A DNA stretch of 64,000 bases, taken from IMG/VR virus record IMGVR_UViG_3300028886_000070, positions 31,070-95,069 of that record; one strand, 5' to 3'. The DNA is from a virus (taxonomy: Duplodnaviria > Caudoviricetes). The position numbers were made by a program, and so were the translations under genes. Shown piece after piece: positions 37,028 through 46,431 of this stretch (position 1 is its first letter; each line of letters begins with the position of its first letter). The notes under the pieces were generated by a model. The model was given only the letters and a program-made list of their open reading frames with translations. It searched no databases and had not been told where the DNA came from.

Positions 37028-40000
37028 TCACCACCCCGCGAGATCCGCCGTGCGGCGGTACTGGATTATGACGCCGAGGACGCACGCGCCCGTGCCGAGC
37101 GCGACGCCGTCGCCGCCGTTGTTGAACTGGTAGGCGCGCTTGAGCTGGAAGTGGACTGTCTTGCCCGCCACCGCCGTGCCCGCGACGGGAACGGTCCCGG
37201 ACGCGCCGGTCATGTGCACCTGGCCGTACGCCTTCAGCTGGTCGTCGATGTTGACGGGCGACGTCGGCATCGCGCCGCCGAGGTCCTCGCCGTCCCCGAA
37301 CGCCCTCGCGCCGAGCGTGAAGCGCACCCACTGGTCGGTCGCGCCGTCCGTGTTGTACGGCGTCCACAGCACCTTCGCCTGGATCGGCGAGTCCACGTCC
37401 CAGTCGGGCGGGAACGCCACGGAGAAGTCCGCGTACGTGTCCTTCGTGGAGTGGAAGCGGAGGACGTCGTGCACGGTCGAGTTCGCCGCGACGGAGAACG
37501 ACTCCGCCGCCGCGCCGTTCGTCTCCGTCGGGGTCATCGCCCCGGCGGGGACGTAGATCGTGTCGTAGCGCGGGAGCAGCTGCGCGAACTGCGCGAGCGC
37601 GAGCGCCGTCACCTTGCGGAAGTCGCTCTCGGAAACGTCGTAGAGGATGAGCTCGTCGCCGTTCGCGAGGGCGTCCACGAGGGCCTGGCCGTCGATCGTG
37701 ATGTGCTCGGAGCCCGTCTGCAAGGGCGGGACGGCCCACGTGCCGTCGGCCTTGAGGAACTTGTCGGCGGAGCCGTCGCCGGCCGACGGGGCCGGGACCT
37801 GGCCCTGCGCGCCGCCGGAGCCGGTGTCGCCGGTGAACACGGTCGAGCCGGGCGGCGTCGCCCACGCGCCCGCCCCGTTCAGGAACTGCGCGGAGTTGCC
37901 GGAGAGCTTCGGAAGGAGGCCATGGTAGTTCGCCGACGCGTCGAGGAGGACGGAGTCGGACGCCACGACGAGGTCGTCCAGCCTTACGTTCAGCTTTATC
38001 GCGGCGAGGACGTACGTCCACAGGCGCGACATCGTCATGCTGCGGAACTTCGAGCCGGACGCGATGGAGACGTCCTCGACGATCAGCTTGTCGCCGTCGG
38101 CGAGGTCGGCGTTGATGTCGGCGGCCGCGGTCGTGTCGACGAGCCGGTCGAGCTTCGCCTTGTCGGTGTGGGACATGAGGCCGTGCCTGGCCGACGTGGC
38201 GTCGAGATTCACGCCTCCCGTCACGGGCGCCGCGAGGTCGTCGAGCTTCTTGTTGGCCAGCAGCGTCTCGATCGCCGTGCACGCGGCCCTCACGGCGGCC
38301 TCCGACACGAGCGACAGGTTGTCGGCGGTCCCGCCGGAGCGCACCTCCGTGCGGAACAGGAGCCCGTTCTTGAGCGAGGCGCCGGAGCCCCACTGCGGGA
38401 TGTAGTTCTCGGTGTGCGTCTCCGGGACCTGGATGAACGTCCCGCCGAGCGCCGCCCTGACGGCCGCTTCGGTGACGAGCGCGTTGTCGGTCGCGAGGCC
38501 GGCCTGCCGGACGGACGTCCTCACCACGAAGCCGGAGGCGAGGGAGTTGTCGTTGTTCCACACGGGCACGTAGCCGGCGACGTGCGCGTTCGGGGCCATC
38601 ACGACGCCGTCCGCGATCTCGCCGATCGCGAGGCGCACGGCGTAGGAGGTCGGGATCGCGTCCGCGCCCGCGGCGGCGTCCGCCGGGAGCTCGTCCTGGA
38701 CGGCGTAGCCCTGCCCGAGGACGTTCATCGCGGCCCACGCCGGGATGTACCCCGCCGTCACGGACGCGGGGCCCACGACGGACGAGAGGTCGGCGAGCTG
38801 CACCCACGTCGTAGAGGAGCCGCTCGCGGCGGAGCACCTGAAGAGCACGCGGCTCGAGGTGTTCCAGTAGAGGTCCCCCTCCTTCGCGTTGACGCCCGTC
38901 ACGCTTCCGGCGGCGGACACCTCGAGGCCGGCGAGCATGGACTTGCCGGGATCGCCGGCGTCGCCCTTGGTGCCGATGCCGGCCGTCCCCTTTATGCAGC
39001 CGACGTACGACCAGAGCGCGGTCGCCGCCGTGCCGCCCAGCGTGCACTTGTAGATGTCGAAGGTCGTCGGGTTGAGGCCGAGGTCTCCCTCGACGGGGTC
39101 GACCCCGAGCGACGCGAACGCGGCGGACGCGCCCGTCCCGGTGAAGACCGTCGAGACGTGCCACCGCGAGCCGGTGTCGCCCTTGTCGCCCTTGTCGCCC
39201 TTCGCGCCCTTCAGCGTGGCGAGGTACTCGTACGCGGCGGAGCCCTTGCGGTAGAGCTTGCCCGCGTCGGCCCCGGCGGAGATTATAACGAGACCACCGG
39301 CGGGGACGGAGTCGGACGACCAGCCCGCCGTCATCGCGGCGACGGACTCGTACGACCTCGAGACGGTCGTGGAGCCGGCCTCGCCGGTGTCGCCCTTCGG
39401 GCCCTTGATGCTGCCCGCGGCGCTCCACTTCGCCGTGGCCGCGTTGCCCGCGACCGCGCAGCGGTAGGTCATGCCCGTCGCCGTGTTGAGGTACATGTCC
39501 CCGACGGAGGCGTACGCGACGCCGGAGCCGGCGAACGCCGTCGGTTCGGAAGAGGAGCCCGTGACGCCCTCGCCCGCGTACCACTGCCCGGGTGACGCGG
39601 ACGGGATCGGAGGGGCGTCCACGAGGTCGTAGAAGCTGCCGCTCCTCGCGACCGCGGCGAGGTTCTCGTCGTCCGCCTTGCGCTGCATGGCGTCCTCGAG
39701 CTCCTTCAGCCTGCCGGACTCTACGCCGCCCTCCTCCTTGAGGATGGCGTCCGCCCTCGACGACAGCCCCTCTATGGCCTCGGCGACGGCGGCGTTCTGG
39801 ACCGCGTTGGGGCTGTCGGGGTCGAGGCCCTCGTCGGGCGCGGGGAAGTTGACGTTGAGCGTGCCGTCCCCGGCGACGCTCATGCCCGTCCCCGGCTTCA
39901 CGACGCCGGCCTGCGCGGCGGTCGCGGCCGCGACGGACACCTTGCCGTCGGACGCGACGCTCACCGCGCCGACGCCCTCGAGCGTCTTCTGCTTCCCGGC

Positions 40001-40444
40001 GAGGAGCGCGTCCACCTGCGCGGCGGTGTAGAAGCCGGTCTCGGCGGAGCCGACGGAGAACGGGCGGAGGATCACCGGGATGTCGCACGCGGCGTAGGTG
40101 ACGTCCGCGTCGGATATGACCACGTAGCCGTCGTGGACCCCCGCGCCGGACGCCGTAAGCCAGTCGGCCACGGCCTGCTGGTTCATGAGGAGCGCCGTCG
40201 TCCGCAGCTTCTTCTGGTTCTGCGGGACGGAGAAGAGGTTCGCGGAGGCGACGGGCACGAGGTCCGTCCTCGACCGGTACACGACGATCGAGAGCGTCGC
40301 CGTGTCGACGGCGTCGAGCTCCTGCTGCGTGAGCTGCGAGAGGTCGAGGACGAGCGGGTTGTATGTGTCGCCCGCGACGAGCGCGTGGAGCTCGCTGGGG
40401 ACGGCGGCGTGCCTCTGTATGTCGATCGAGAGCGTGAGCGTCAT
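37028..40444 (-). CDS. Tail fibre protein with collagen-like G-x-y segments (~1138 aa)
   Basis: RBS GGAGGA before MTLTLSIDI. KGPKGDTGEAG, KGAKGDKGDKGDTG, repeated GD-x-Y-x-N and GLMSHTDKAKLD fibre motifs. Confidence 0.8.
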   Translation of the reverse strand: MTLTLSIDIQRHAAVPSELHALVAGDTYNPLVLDLSQLTQQELDAVDTATLSIVVYRSRTDLVPVASANLFSVPQNQKKLRTTALLMNQQAVADWLTASGAGVHDGYVVISDADVTYAACDIPVILRPFSVGSAETGFYTAAQVDALLAGKQKTLEGVGAVSVASDGKVSVAAATAAQAGVVKPGTGMSVAGDGTLNVNFPAPDEGLDPDSPNAVQNAAVAEAIEGLSSRADAILKEEGGVESGRLKELEDAMQRKADDENLAAVARSGSFYDLVDAPPIPSASPGQWYAGEGVTGSSSEPTAFAGSGVAYASVGDMYLNTATGMTYRCAVAGNAATAKWSAAGSIKGPKGDTGEAGSTTVSRSYESVAAMTAGWSSDSVPAGGLVIISAGADAGKLYRKGSAAYEYLATLKGAKGDKGDKGDTGSRWHVSTVFTGTGASAAFASLGVDPVEGDLGLNPTTFDIYKCTLGGTAATALWSYVGCIKGTAGIGTKGDAGDPGKSMLAGLEVSAAGSVTGVNAKEGDLYWNTSSRVLFRCSAASGSSTTWVQLADLSSVVGPASVTAGYIPAWAAMNVLGQGYAVQDELPADAAAGADAIPTSYAVRLAIGEIADGVVMAPNAHVAGYVPVWNNDNSLASGFVVRTSVRQAGLATDNALVTEAAVRAALGGTFIQVPETHTENYIPQWGSGASLKNGLLFRTEVRSGGTADNLSLVSEAAVRAACTAIETLLANKKLDDLAAPVTGGVNLDATSARHGLMSHTDKAKLDRLVDTTAAADINADLADGDKLIVEDVSIASGSKFRSMTMSRLWTYVLAAIKLNVRLDDLVVASDSVLLDASANYHGLLPKLSGNSAQFLNGAGAWATPPGSTVFTGDTGSGGAQGQVPAPSAGDGSADKFLKADGTWAVPPLQTGSEHITIDGQALVDALANGDELILYDVSESDFRKVTALALAQFAQLLPRYDTIYVPAGAMTPTETNGAAAESFSVAANSTVHDVLRFHSTKDTYADFSVAFPPDWDVDSPIQAKVLWTPYNTDGATDQWVRFTLGARAFGDGEDLGGAMPTSPVNIDDQLKAYGQVHMTGASGTVPVAGTAVAGKTVHFQLKRAYQFNNGGDGVALGTGACVLGVIIQYRRTADLAGW

Positions 40445-40457
40445 CTGTTGTCCTCCG

Positions 40458-41039
40458 TCAGTCGGCGCCGAGCCTGTCGAGGATGGCGTCGATGTCGTCA
40501 ATGAATAGCTGGTAGATGGCCTTCGTCGTGGGGAGCGCGGCCTTGTCGCGCTTCGACACGTAGTCCGCGCGCTTCTCCCGCAGCGGCGCGACGGCCGCCG
40601 CGACGGCGTTCGTCTTCGCCGCGTACAGCGCCTCCGCCACGGCGGCGCGGTTGGACATGGAGGCGTAGAGCCCCTCCACGGCGGACACCCTGTTGGAGAG
40701 CGAGACGCACAGCGCCTCGGCGACGCCGGCCCTGTTGGACGCGTCGAGCCAGCTGTCGCGGAACGCCTGCGCCGCGGCCTGCGCCGCGCCGAGCCTCTGG
40801 ACGAAGGTGTTGGTCTGCGGGCGGAGGACGATGCTCCTCACGGCGTTCGTCGTGGTCCACTCGCGCCCCCTGTACCTCCACGTGGCGACGACGTTCGTCG
40901 TGCCTCCGTCCACGACCTTGCGCCGCGAGACGCATACCGTCCTGTCGGCGACGGCCTTGACGCGCTTCGCGGTCTGCGCCGGCAGGAACTCCGCCGTCGC
41001 CGTCAGCGCGAGAAGCGCAAACGCAAAAGCCCACTTCAC
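40458..41039 (-). CDS. Exported protein with signal peptide and coiled coil (193 aa)
   Basis: MKWAFAFALLALTATA-; GTGA coupling; SNR heptad-type repeats. Confidence 0.7.
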   Translation of the reverse strand: MKWAFAFALLALTATAEFLPAQTAKRVKAVADRTVCVSRRKVVDGGTTNVVATWRYRGREWTTTNAVRSIVLRPQTNTFVQRLGAAQAAAQAFRDSWLDASNRAGVAEALCVSLSNRVSAVEGLYASMSNRAAVAEALYAAKTNAVAAAVAPLREKRADYVSKRDKAALPTTKAIYQLFIDDIDAILDRLGAD

Positions 41040-41485
41040 TTCCGGCCTCCCTTCCTCTGGCGCGGCGGACGCACGACGGGCGTGTCGAGCGGCCAGCGCC
41101 TCCTCATCTCCACGCCGTCCGCGCGCCTGTAGACGCGCTCGCACGTGTTGGTGTCGTACCCTACCAGGACCATGCGCCCGTACTTCGCCTGCGCCTCCTG
41201 GAGCCACCTCACGGCGGCGCTTGCCTCGGCCCTCGACTTCGCGGCGGCCTCGGACGCCCTCGCCCTGCGCTCGGCCATCTCGACGCGCCGCGCCTCGTTG
41301 GACGCCACGTACGCCTCGAGCCGGCACATGCGGACGGTCAGCATCGCCACCTGGTCGGGCAGGCTGTTCGTGAACACCGGGAACCCGGACGGGTCCCTCG
41401 GGAGCGCGGGCTCCGTCACGACCGTGAGCTGGCCCGCCATAGCGGTCGCGGCGCACAGCGCCGCCATCACTGCAAGTCTCATCAT
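41036..41485 (-). CDS. Exported protein with signal peptide (149 aa)
   Basis: MMRLAVMAALCAATAMA-; ATGA coupling. Confidence 0.7.
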   Translation of the reverse strand: MMRLAVMAALCAATAMAGQLTVVTEPALPRDPSGFPVFTNSLPDQVAMLTVRMCRLEAYVASNEARRVEMAERRARASEAAAKSRAEASAAVRWLQEAQAKYGRMVLVGYDTNTCERVYRRADGVEMRRRWPLDTPVVRPPRQRKGGRK

Positions 41486-42279
41486 TCGCCTCCTCCGCCC
41501 GATCCGGGCAATATCCTCTCGACGAGGACTCCGTTGTCGTACCTCGATACGTCGGCCCCCTCCGCCGTGACGGAGTTGGTGACGACGCCCGTCAAAGTCT
41601 GCCTGCCGTCCACCGTGACGATGGCCCCTCCGAACGAGAGGCCGACGTCGGGCCTCCCGATCCCCACGGCGGGGTTGGGCGAGAGCGGGACGCCCCGCGC
41701 CCAGTCGGGCCTCGCGAACTTCATGAGCTTGCAGCCCTCGAAGCCGTTCGTGTCGACGGACGTCGACCAGTCCACCCACTCCGCGTCCACGTAGGCTGTC
41801 TGCTCCTCGCCCCTGTACCGCCTCGAGAGCGACGGCGGGATCAGCAGCTCCTGCGAGAACCAGACGAGCGCCCAGTCGTTCGTGCCGTCCGTCCACTGCG
41901 CCGGCTCGTGCGCCCAGAACGCCTGCCGGTTGCCGTCGGGCGGGACGACGAGGCGCAGCACCACGGCGTCCTTCGGGAAGCGGTTCGTCACCGCCCGGAG
42001 ACCCTCCATCGCGTCGTCGAGCCCCTCCCTCGCGGACTCCATGATGGCGGTCGACTCCTCGGCCACCTTGGCTATCGCGGCCGCCCTCGCGGTGGACGCG
42101 ACCTTGCCGGAGGGGTCTATGAGCTCGTGGGCCGAGGTCTCCATGACGTACTGCCTCCGCCACCCCTTCGTGTGGACGGTGTCGGAGGTGAGGTTCGTCA
42201 CCACCTCGCGCGTCGGCTCCGGCGGGTCGTCCGCGAAGGCGAGGAACGGAACGAGCAGAAGCATCCACGGCCTTTTCAC
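41482..42279 (-). CDS. Exported fibre/spike-like protein (265 aa)
   Basis: MKRPWMLLLVPFLAFA-; coiled coil plus beta domain. Confidence 0.7.
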   Translation of the reverse strand: MKRPWMLLLVPFLAFADDPPEPTREVVTNLTSDTVHTKGWRRQYVMETSAHELIDPSGKVASTARAAAIAKVAEESTAIMESAREGLDDAMEGLRAVTNRFPKDAVVLRLVVPPDGNRQAFWAHEPAQWTDGTNDWALVWFSQELLIPPSLSRRYRGEEQTAYVDAEWVDWSTSVDTNGFEGCKLMKFARPDWARGVPLSPNPAVGIGRPDVGLSFGGAIVTVDGRQTLTGVVTNSVTAEGADVSRYDNGVLVERILPGSGGGGE

Positions 42280-42617
42280 TTCGCGCCCTCCCTCTTCATG
42301 GACTCCCAGAAGGCGATGGCCTCGCACGCCTGCGACGCGCCGTCGCGGAGCGGGCCCTCGCCGTTCCTGTACCTCATGCAGTAGTCGACGACCTTGAGGC
42401 CGACCTTCTCCTGCAAGTGCGTGAAATACTCCCGCCTCGTCACCTCGTGCCCGGACAGCCTGAAGATCGCGAGACCTCCGCGGATGTCCACGCTCGCGAC
42501 CCCCCTCGGGTCGAACCTCTCGGCCACGTACGGCGGCCTCGGGGACGCGACCGTGAAGGGCGTCCTCCTCTCGCCGCATCCCGCGAGGAGCAGCAGGCAT
42601 GCGAACGCCCACCTCAC
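42276..42617 (-). CDS. Lipoprotein (113 aa)
   Basis: MRWAFACLLLLAG-C lipobox. Confidence 0.7.
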   Translation of the reverse strand: MRWAFACLLLLAGCGERRTPFTVASPRPPYVAERFDPRGVASVDIRGGLAIFRLSGHEVTRREYFTHLQEKVGLKVVDYCMRYRNGEGPLRDGASQACEAIAFWESMKREGAK

Positions 42618-43078
42618 GGCTCGGCCTCCCCGTCCTGCCCGTCCACGACGACGCGCCACTCGGAGTCCTCCCCGATGAAGAACCCGTCGATGACGTTTAT
42701 GAAATCCTTGCCCGTGGCCTCGTGGTCGATGAAGAGGACGGCCTTCCACATCCCGTCGACGGACTTGCGGTACACGGTCGCCGAACGGTTCGTTATGGCG
42801 ACGTGGGCGTCCGAGGAGTCCTTCACGGCCCACCGCACGGTGGCGTTCGTGGAGGTCAGCTCGACGGGCTCGAGCGCGACGCCCTTCACGAGCTCGACGT
42901 CCGGCTTGTCGGCGGCGTACGCCGCCATCACGACGGCGGCCACGGCGAAGAACGCCATGCCCTTCGGCTTTCTCCCGATCGCCGACGAGATCGCGGGCCA
43001 CGCCTTCATGACGGCCAGCGCGAGAAGGCAGATCAGCAGCCCCGCGACGAGCGCGTAGAGTCCCCATCCGGCTATCAA
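42614..43078 (-). CDS. Membrane protein with two N-terminal TM segments and a beta domain (154 aa)
   Basis: TTGA-coupled start; two hydrophobic helices. Confidence 0.6.
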   Translation of the reverse strand: MIAGWGLYALVAGLLICLLALAVMKAWPAISSAIGRKPKGMAFFAVAAVVMAAYAADKPDVELVKGVALEPVELTSTNATVRWAVKDSSDAHVAITNRSATVYRKSVDGMWKAVLFIDHEATGKDFINVIDGFFIGEDSEWRVVVDGQDGEAEP

Positions 43079-44373
43079 GGCTCCACCTCCGGGGCCAGCG
43101 CCAGCCCTCCCTGGAACTCCAGAGTCCCTCCGCCGTACACGGGGACCTCGCCCGTGAGCCCTCCGGCGAAGCCTCCGACGAGGTCGATCGCGTCGCCCGT
43201 CCCGCCGTGGCCCGACGCCTCTACGTACACCTTCACGAAGTACGCGCCGAACGCCGCCGGGATGTAGACGGGCATCTTCCAGCACGAGACGAGCTGGTCG
43301 CCCGCGACCTCGACCGTCCCGGCCTGCGCGACCGCCGCGTCGTGGTCGGCCTCCGTCCAGACGAGCGGGTCGTCCGAGAGCGAGGCGACGGTCATCGGCT
43401 TCGGGTCGGCCGCGCCGAGGTCCTCGGTGAAGCCGAACCACACGTCGTGCCTGTCGCACGCGACGCCGTTCCTCGTCGCCGTCCCGGCCTTCGAGTCGAA
43501 CCTGTAGATGCGGCACACCGCGTCCTCCGACGGCCCCGCCGAGGGTACGCCGAAGGAGTACATGAAGTCGTCCTGGTACACCGTCACCTGCGCGTTCGCG
43601 ACCGCCTCGGCCAATGCGCCGACCTCGGCCTTCGCCTGCTCGAACGCGTTCGACTGCGCGACCGCCGCCGCCTCCGCCGCCGCGCCCTGCGCCTCCGCCG
43701 CCGCGACCTGCGCCGCGGTCGCGAGCACGTTCGACGGGCTCACGTTCCCGTTCTCGTCGACGGTCACGTACTGGAGCCGCGCCCCGCCGGAGGAGAACAC
43801 GTGGGAGATCGTCCTCTCCCAGTCGCCGCCGAAGTTGCCGATCAAGGGCCACCCGTCGGCGTACGCCCTGTCGTCCTCCTCCGGGACGTTCGCCCGGAAG
43901 AACGCGGTGCCGACGCCCTGCGCCACCCACACGCCGCTCCTCCACGCGACCTCGTAGGTCGTCCCGAGGCTCGACCAGTTGAGGTTCAATTCCGCCGGGT
44001 CCTGGTACGCCACCTTGAACTCGGTGTTGCCGCCGTCCATGAGGTAGGCGACCTTCACGTAGGGGAAGTGCCTCTCGGGATGCTCGAGCGTCCCGCCGGT
44101 GATGGCGTACCACACGTCCTTCCTGTTGTACACGATGCCGGACACGTTGGTCGTCACCCCGGAGTCCACGGTCGAGACGATCACGACGGAGAGCCCCGCG
44201 AGGCTCCCGCGCAGCGGACGGGCCAGCCACGAGGCGGGGAGCAGCCCCTTCGCCCCGGGGACGATGCGCCTCGCGTCGACGGCCTCGCACGTCGAGGCGT
44301 CGTACGCCATCTCGGACTCGATGCCGAAGGCGGGGAGCGCGAGGAGCGCCAGAACCATCAGAGCGCGCTTCAT
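43075..44373 (-). CDS. Exported fibre/spike-like protein (432 aa)
   Basis: MKRALMVLALLALPAFG-; Ala-rich coiled coil plus beta domain. Confidence 0.7.
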   Translation of the reverse strand: MKRALMVLALLALPAFGIESEMAYDASTCEAVDARRIVPGAKGLLPASWLARPLRGSLAGLSVVIVSTVDSGVTTNVSGIVYNRKDVWYAITGGTLEHPERHFPYVKVAYLMDGGNTEFKVAYQDPAELNLNWSSLGTTYEVAWRSGVWVAQGVGTAFFRANVPEEDDRAYADGWPLIGNFGGDWERTISHVFSSGGARLQYVTVDENGNVSPSNVLATAAQVAAAEAQGAAAEAAAVAQSNAFEQAKAEVGALAEAVANAQVTVYQDDFMYSFGVPSAGPSEDAVCRIYRFDSKAGTATRNGVACDRHDVWFGFTEDLGAADPKPMTVASLSDDPLVWTEADHDAAVAQAGTVEVAGDQLVSCWKMPVYIPAAFGAYFVKVYVEASGHGGTGDAIDLVGGFAGGLTGEVPVYGGGTLEFQGGLALAPEVEP

Positions 44374-44374
44374 G

Positions 44375-45199
44375 TCAGTTCCCTCCCGTCACCGAGATCT
44401 CGACGTTGGTGTACGCGGTCTCGAAGAACGTCCCGGACATCGCGGTCTTCTTCCACATGACGGAGAGCCCCGGGTCCCACGTGACGTCCCACAGCCGCTG
44501 CGAGAGCGCGGCCCTCGCGAGGTTGGTTATGACGATGTTCTCGATCTCCGCCTTCGAGTACACCTCGTCGCGCCCCGCCTTGGCCGCGTCGAGGAGGGCG
44601 ACCCTCGGCTGGAGCGCGTCCCACGCCACCACCTTCGCCGCCGTGACGCCGGAGTTGACGGCGTTCGTCTGCGGCTCGGTCAGGGCGTCCTGCTTCCCCG
44701 CGCCCCAGGACTCGTACTTCTGCACGCGCCCCGCGGTTATCCCGGACGTGACGGCGTCCAGCTTCGCGCCGGCCAGCTTGTCCTCCTTCCCCGTGCGCAT
44801 CGCGTCCCACGCCGCCACCTTCGCGGAGGTGACTCCCGAGTTGACGGCGTTCGTCTGCGCCGCGGTGAGCGCGTCCTGCTTCGAGGACTTGAGGGCGTCC
44901 CACTCCCCGACCTTCGATGAGGTGACTCCCGAATTGAGCGCGTTCGTCTGCGCAGGCGAGAGCGCGTCCTGCTTCCCGGCGAGAGCCTCCGAGAGGATCG
45001 ACCACCTCACGATCCAGTTCGTCCCGCCTCCCGGGAGGAAGAGCGAGCCTCCCGCCCACCGGGCGAGGATCGCGGACGGGTTCACCGCCGTCACGACGGT
45101 GTCGCGGGAGCGCAGGGCCCCCAGCGAGTTCGTCGCCACGCCGTCGTCCGCGAACACGGACATGGCGGCGAGCGCCAACGCAAGTATCAGCTTCTTCAC
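44375..45199 (-). CDS. Exported protein with tail-fibre-type repeats (274 aa)
   Basis: MKKLILALALAAMSVFA-; four 31-aa KQDAL..AQTNAVNSGVT..KV..WD repeats. Confidence 0.75.
   Translation of the reverse strand: MKKLILALALAAMSVFADDGVATNSLGALRSRDTVVTAVNPSAILARWAGGSLFLPGGGTNWIVRWSILSEALAGKQDALSPAQTNALNSGVTSSKVGEWDALKSSKQDALTAAQTNAVNSGVTSAKVAAWDAMRTGKEDKLAGAKLDAVTSGITAGRVQKYESWGAGKQDALTEPQTNAVNSGVTAAKVVAWDALQPRVALLDAAKAGRDEVYSKAEIENIVITNLARAALSQRLWDVTWDPGLSVMWKKTAMSGTFFETAYTNVEISVTGGN
44610..44980 (-). repeat. 93-bp coding tandem repeat (4 degenerate units)
   Basis: Recurring gagttgacggcgttcgtctgcg...gcgtcctgctt at 93/186-bp spacing. Confidence 0.75.
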
Positions 45200-45612
45200 G
45201 ACACTCCCTCCTTCGCCGCGACGTACGCGATCAGCTTCGCGAGGAGCTCGTCCTTCTGCGCGACGGTGAGGTCGCCGGGGTCGCCCGCGTCCGTGATCGC
45301 CTCCACGACGGACGACGGGACGCTCCCGCCTCCCGACGAACCGCCTCCGCCGGAGGAGCCCCCGGCCACCTTCGTCCACGTCCTCGTCCCCGACGAGGCG
45401 CGCAGCACGTACAGCTCCGACGCGTCCACGTCGAAGTAGAGCGAGCCCTCCACGTCCGACGGAAGCACCGCCGGCGCGCCCGAGCCGGTGCGGCACGCGA
45501 CGCGCGGGCCCCCGGAATCCGGGGCGACGCCCGGCGCGGGCCTCACGGACGGTCCGAGGGGCAGGGGCGTCACGGGCATCCCGCCCGGAACATCCACTAT
45601 CCAGCTTGCCAT
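45196..45612 (-). CDS. Small fibre-like protein (138 aa)
   Basis: GSGAP...GSLYFD...LYV...WT motif typical of phage fibre modules; Gly linker. Confidence 0.6.
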   Translation of the reverse strand: MASWIVDVPGGMPVTPLPLGPSVRPAPGVAPDSGGPRVACRTGSGAPAVLPSDVEGSLYFDVDASELYVLRASSGTRTWTKVAGGSSGGGGSSGGGSVPSSVVEAITDAGDPGDLTVAQKDELLAKLIAYVAAKEGVS

Positions 45613-45613
45613 C

Positions 45614-45937
45614 TCACGATCCTCCTTGGCAGAACGGGCACTTGACGGCGGCCTTCTCGCCGGGACGCAGGGCGTCCGGGAACCTCCGGCAGAAACCGGG
45701 GCGCACGGCGTACACGTAGCACCGGTCGTCCGAGGTCAGCAGGGGGCACCTTCCATGCACGGGCATAAGCCACTTCGGCCCTGGCGGGAGGCCAGGCTCG
45801 ACCTTGTAGGTCGCCCGGAAGAGCTCCGGCGACATGCCGCACGCGCGGGCCACGGACTCGAGCTCGACGTCGTCCGCGATCGGGACGGAGCCCTTCCCCC
45901 GGCAGCATCCGCCGCACATGTGGCACTCGAAGCCCAC
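45614..45937 (-). CDS. YkgJ-family CxxCxxCC Zn/Fe-chelating protein (107 aa)
   Basis: FECHMCGGCC...CPLL...CYVYAVRPGFCRRFP. Confidence 0.85.
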   Translation of the reverse strand: MGFECHMCGGCCRGKGSVPIADDVELESVARACGMSPELFRATYKVEPGLPPGPKWLMPVHGRCPLLTSDDRCYVYAVRPGFCRRFPDALRPGEKAAVKCPFCQGGS

Positions 45938-45943
45938 GGGAAC

Positions 45944-46369
45944 CTACTCCGCGACGAGCGACACGCGCTCCGCGGTCCCCGCGTTGTCCACGCGGTCTCC
46001 GCCGAGCACCCAGAAAACCTTGTTCGTCTGGAGCGTCCCGCCCGCGCAGGACGCCGTCACGACGACGTTGGAGACGGACTTCGCGACGGTCGCCACGGAC
46101 GTCGTCCAGTTCGTGCCCAGCACGGGAACCCCGGCGGACGTCCATCCGTTCGTGACCACGGTGGCCGTGCGCACGGGGTACGAGCGCGAGACGTCGGCGA
46201 ACCGTCGCACCTGCACGGTGGCGGTGAGGTTCGTGGACGCCGCGGACACGGCCGCGACCTTGAGAGGCGCGGAAGCCGCGGGATGCTGGTACGGGAGGCG
46301 CAGCTCTACGTACGCGGAGGCGCAGATCGCGCCCGCGACGATGGCCGCAAGGACAAGTAGCTTCTTCAT
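45944..46369 (-). CDS. Exported beta-rich protein (141 aa)
   Basis: MKKLLVLAAIVAGAICASA-; RBS TAAGGAG; first gene after a promoter. Confidence 0.75.
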   Translation of the reverse strand: MKKLLVLAAIVAGAICASAYVELRLPYQHPAASAPLKVAAVSAASTNLTATVQVRRFADVSRSYPVRTATVVTNGWTSAGVPVLGTNWTTSVATVAKSVSNVVVTASCAGGTLQTNKVFWVLGGDRVDNAGTAERVSLVAE

Positions 46370-46402
46370 GGGCAGTTCTCCTTATGGTGGTTCACGGCGC
46401 AT

Positions 46403-46431
46403 ATTATATCATATTGGCGCTTCGCACGCAA
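46403..46431 (-). promoter_or_regulatory. sigma70-type promoter at the head of the left-arm operon
   Basis: TTGCGT-N17-TATAAT with TGATATAAT. Confidence 0.7.

Noticed and set aside
35866-40444. Diversity-generating retroelement targeting the fibre genes
   Set aside because: No reverse transcriptase or TR/VR repeat pair seen in the window
18491-45496. Long N-terminal extensions in track ORFs (e.g. 18491-21358, 27582-32768, 30071-34633, 23974-26931)
   Set aside because: The extensions overlap real upstream genes in another frame. True starts were assigned from RBS and stop/start coupling.
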